Virus record (IMG/VR): IMGVR_UViG_3300045988_096244
DNA: 64,000 bases
Origin: a virus
Strand: one strand, 5' to 3'
The translations under genes and the position numbers were made by a program. The notes beneath the pieces are model-generated. The model saw only the letters and a list, made by a program, of their open reading frames with translations. It was not told the DNA's origin and ran no database searches. Below are positions 62,528-64,000 of the stretch, piece by piece (positions within the stretch are counted from its first letter, which is position 1; the number at the start of each line of letters is the position of its first letter).

Positions 62528-63391
62528 ATGGAAACGGTAGATTTCTTATCTACCATAGTTGGACTCAATGCAAGGTTCAGGGCATTCGCTGATGAACTAC
62601 CCAATGACTTTACAGTAACGTGGACATTTGGTGATGGGAAGACAGAATCACATGTAGGTGTGGTAACTGCTTCCCATCTTTATGAAACTCCTGGTGACTA
62701 TGTTGTCAAGGTAACAATAACCAACAACGTAGGCGGAGCTAACCTTTCCAAGTCAAGAGTCATTGGAGTTAGTGATAAGGTAAATACCCAGTTGCCTGGC
62801 AGTATCTATGAGCTGATTGATACTTATATCCCTGAGGATATCTTCGGTAAACTTTCTCTTCAAGAGAAGCAACAGTTTATTGAAAAATGGCAGCTGTATA
62901 TTCAGCCGCTAGTAAATCACGAAGTACCCATAGAGGAATTTAATAATGAGTTGTATTATGAAGCTCTAGAAAACCAGCTAATTATGGAATTGGCAGCCTA
63001 TGATTTCATGGTTGTACAGATTTCATTGATGGTTGGTGCTACTGCAGAATCCGTTAAGGAGAGTAACTCATCCTCAAGTTCTGAATCCGAATCCTCAGAG
63101 TCAAGCCAAGGTTCAGGTGAGGTTAAACGAATACAAACAGGTCCAACTGAGGTAGAATTCTTCAACGATACTGACTCTGAATCTAAAACCTCATCCAATG
63201 TTATTAAAGCAATGCAACCAGGCGGAGTTATTGATATACTCAAACAAAACCTATGTATGCTTGCTGAAAGACTTTCCATCTATCTACCTATTTGCCGTAC
63301 GGTGAAGAAGGTAGTAGTTCCCAAAGTAGTTAACCACCGGAGGCCAGGACCACTCGATGGCCCAGACCCAGGCTTCCTCGTAAAGAAGTAG
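62528..63391 (+). CDS. PKD (Ig-like) domain protein, head-associated
   Basis: FTVTWTFGDGKTESHVGVVTASHLYETPGDYVVKVTITNNVG is a classic PKD-domain signature (W.FGDG......H.Y...G.Y.V.l.v.n). Confidence 0.6.
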   Translation: METVDFLSTIVGLNARFRAFADELPNDFTVTWTFGDGKTESHVGVVTASHLYETPGDYVVKVTITNNVGGANLSKSRVIGVSDKVNTQLPGSIYELIDTYIPEDIFGKLSLQEKQQFIEKWQLYIQPLVNHEVPIEEFNNELYYEALENQLIMELAAYDFMVVQISLMVGATAESVKESNSSSSSESESSESSQGSGEVKRIQTGPTEVEFFNDTDSESKTSSNVIKAMQPGGVIDILKQNLCMLAERLSIYLPICRTVKKVVVPKVVNHRRPGPLDGPDPGFLVKK

Positions 63392-63394
63392 GGT

Positions 63395-63991
63395 ATGGTA
63401 CGGAGGAAAAGAATTACTAAGGGAGTATGGGATAGATACAAGGCCATTGTAAATGACTTTGTTGAAGTGGATGCAGGTAAACAACCTCTCATCTGGTTAA
63501 AGAGATTTGACCAGATTCTGTCTTACGGTGAAGATGTTGGTAATAACTACGAACCATATTTTCTGGACGGCTTAATTCAGTACAACTACATAAGAACATG
63601 GCCTTCATTAAAAGAGACTGTTTCAGGTGAACTGGACGGAATCAATATTGTGCTATACGTAACAAAGAGGTCACTGGAAGAGAATGGACATATAACCAAA
63701 GAGGGATATTGGAACTTTGACTGGGCTCAGGATAAGTTTGTAATCAATGGTAAAGTATATTCTCCAACCGGTGATACTCAGGTTGCTCAGGCACATGATG
63801 AGGCTTTGCTCTTTTTTGTTGTACTGAAGAGAGAAACTCCGGAGGAAACGAAAAGGATACTCTCCTATATGGAGAACATCGATAAGTACGTAGAGCTGAC
63901 CAAATACATTCTTGAACTGAGTGAAATAAATCATTACGAGGATGAAACCACAGTGAAGACCAATACGACTTTCAAAGTGAAACCTAAATAA
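63395..63991 (+). CDS. hypothetical head-completion/structural protein
   Basis: Track ORF at the end of the head module. No motif recognised. Confidence 0.4.
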   Translation: MVRRKRITKGVWDRYKAIVNDFVEVDAGKQPLIWLKRFDQILSYGEDVGNNYEPYFLDGLIQYNYIRTWPSLKETVSGELDGINIVLYVTKRSLEENGHITKEGYWNFDWAQDKFVINGKVYSPTGDTQVAQAHDEALLFFVVLKRETPEETKRILSYMENIDKYVELTKYILELSEINHYEDETTVKTNTTFKVKPK

Positions 63992-64000
63992 AAAAAAAAT

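Noticed and set aside
63989-64000. Terminal A-run (taaaaaaaaaat) as a genome end or poly-A signal
   Set aside because: It simply follows the TAA stop of the last ORF at the edge of the window. There is no way to tell a true terminus from an arbitrary window cut.

Overview
The window is a 64-kb slice of a tailed dsDNA phage genome. It starts inside a baseplate J-like gene and ends in head-completion genes. No tail tube, sheath or tape-measure genes are visible, so I infer they lie outside the window and that the genome map is circular or permuted. The host is inferred to be a member of Bacteroidota. At least 10 intergenic regions carry the TTTG-N19-22-TAnnTTTG promoter architecture typical of that phylum, and Shine-Dalgarno sequences are mostly absent.

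Gene layout:
- 1-4.9 kb: baseplate genes, amidase endolysin and a possible tail fibre.
- 4.9-5.6 kb: a sigma-like gene on the minus strand.
- 5.7-31 kb: replication, nucleotide metabolism and recombination. This includes a DnaB-like helicase, primase, SF2 helicase, dUTPase, an all-alpha NTPase, three thymidylate-synthase-fold proteins, a ThyX-like protein, 3 tRNAs, a family-A DNA polymerase, GroES-like protein, SSB, RecA/UvsX-like protein, FEN, SbcCD and a resolvase-like nuclease.
- 31-37.5 kb: a NusG-like factor plus highly charged low-complexity proteins.
- 37.6-50 kb: many small early-type genes, each with its own promoter and terminator.
- 46.9-50.5 kb: about 2 kb of gene-free, motif-laden DNA interleaved with four small genes.
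- 50.9-53 kb: a minus-strand operon.
- 53-64 kb: C5 methyltransferase, TerL, portal, scaffold/protease, major capsid and head accessory genes.

Most notable observations:
1. The DNA polymerase is a fractured gene. Split-intein halves flank a free-standing Vsr/DUF559-like endonuclease ORF.
2. A cluster of three TS-fold paralogs, a divergent ThyX-like protein, dUTPase and an all-alpha NTPase suggests non-canonical pyrimidine (DNA base modification) chemistry.
3. The gene-free tracts are packed with TTARGG half-sites, perfect palindromes and (TA)n tracts.
4. TerL contains an in-frame HNH intein.
5. A truncated HNH homing endonuclease is fused in frame to SbcD.
6. Two genes are each disrupted by one extra C in a CCC-C context, and the phage encodes its own tRNA-Pro.

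All function calls rest on by-eye motif recognition. No database search was possible.
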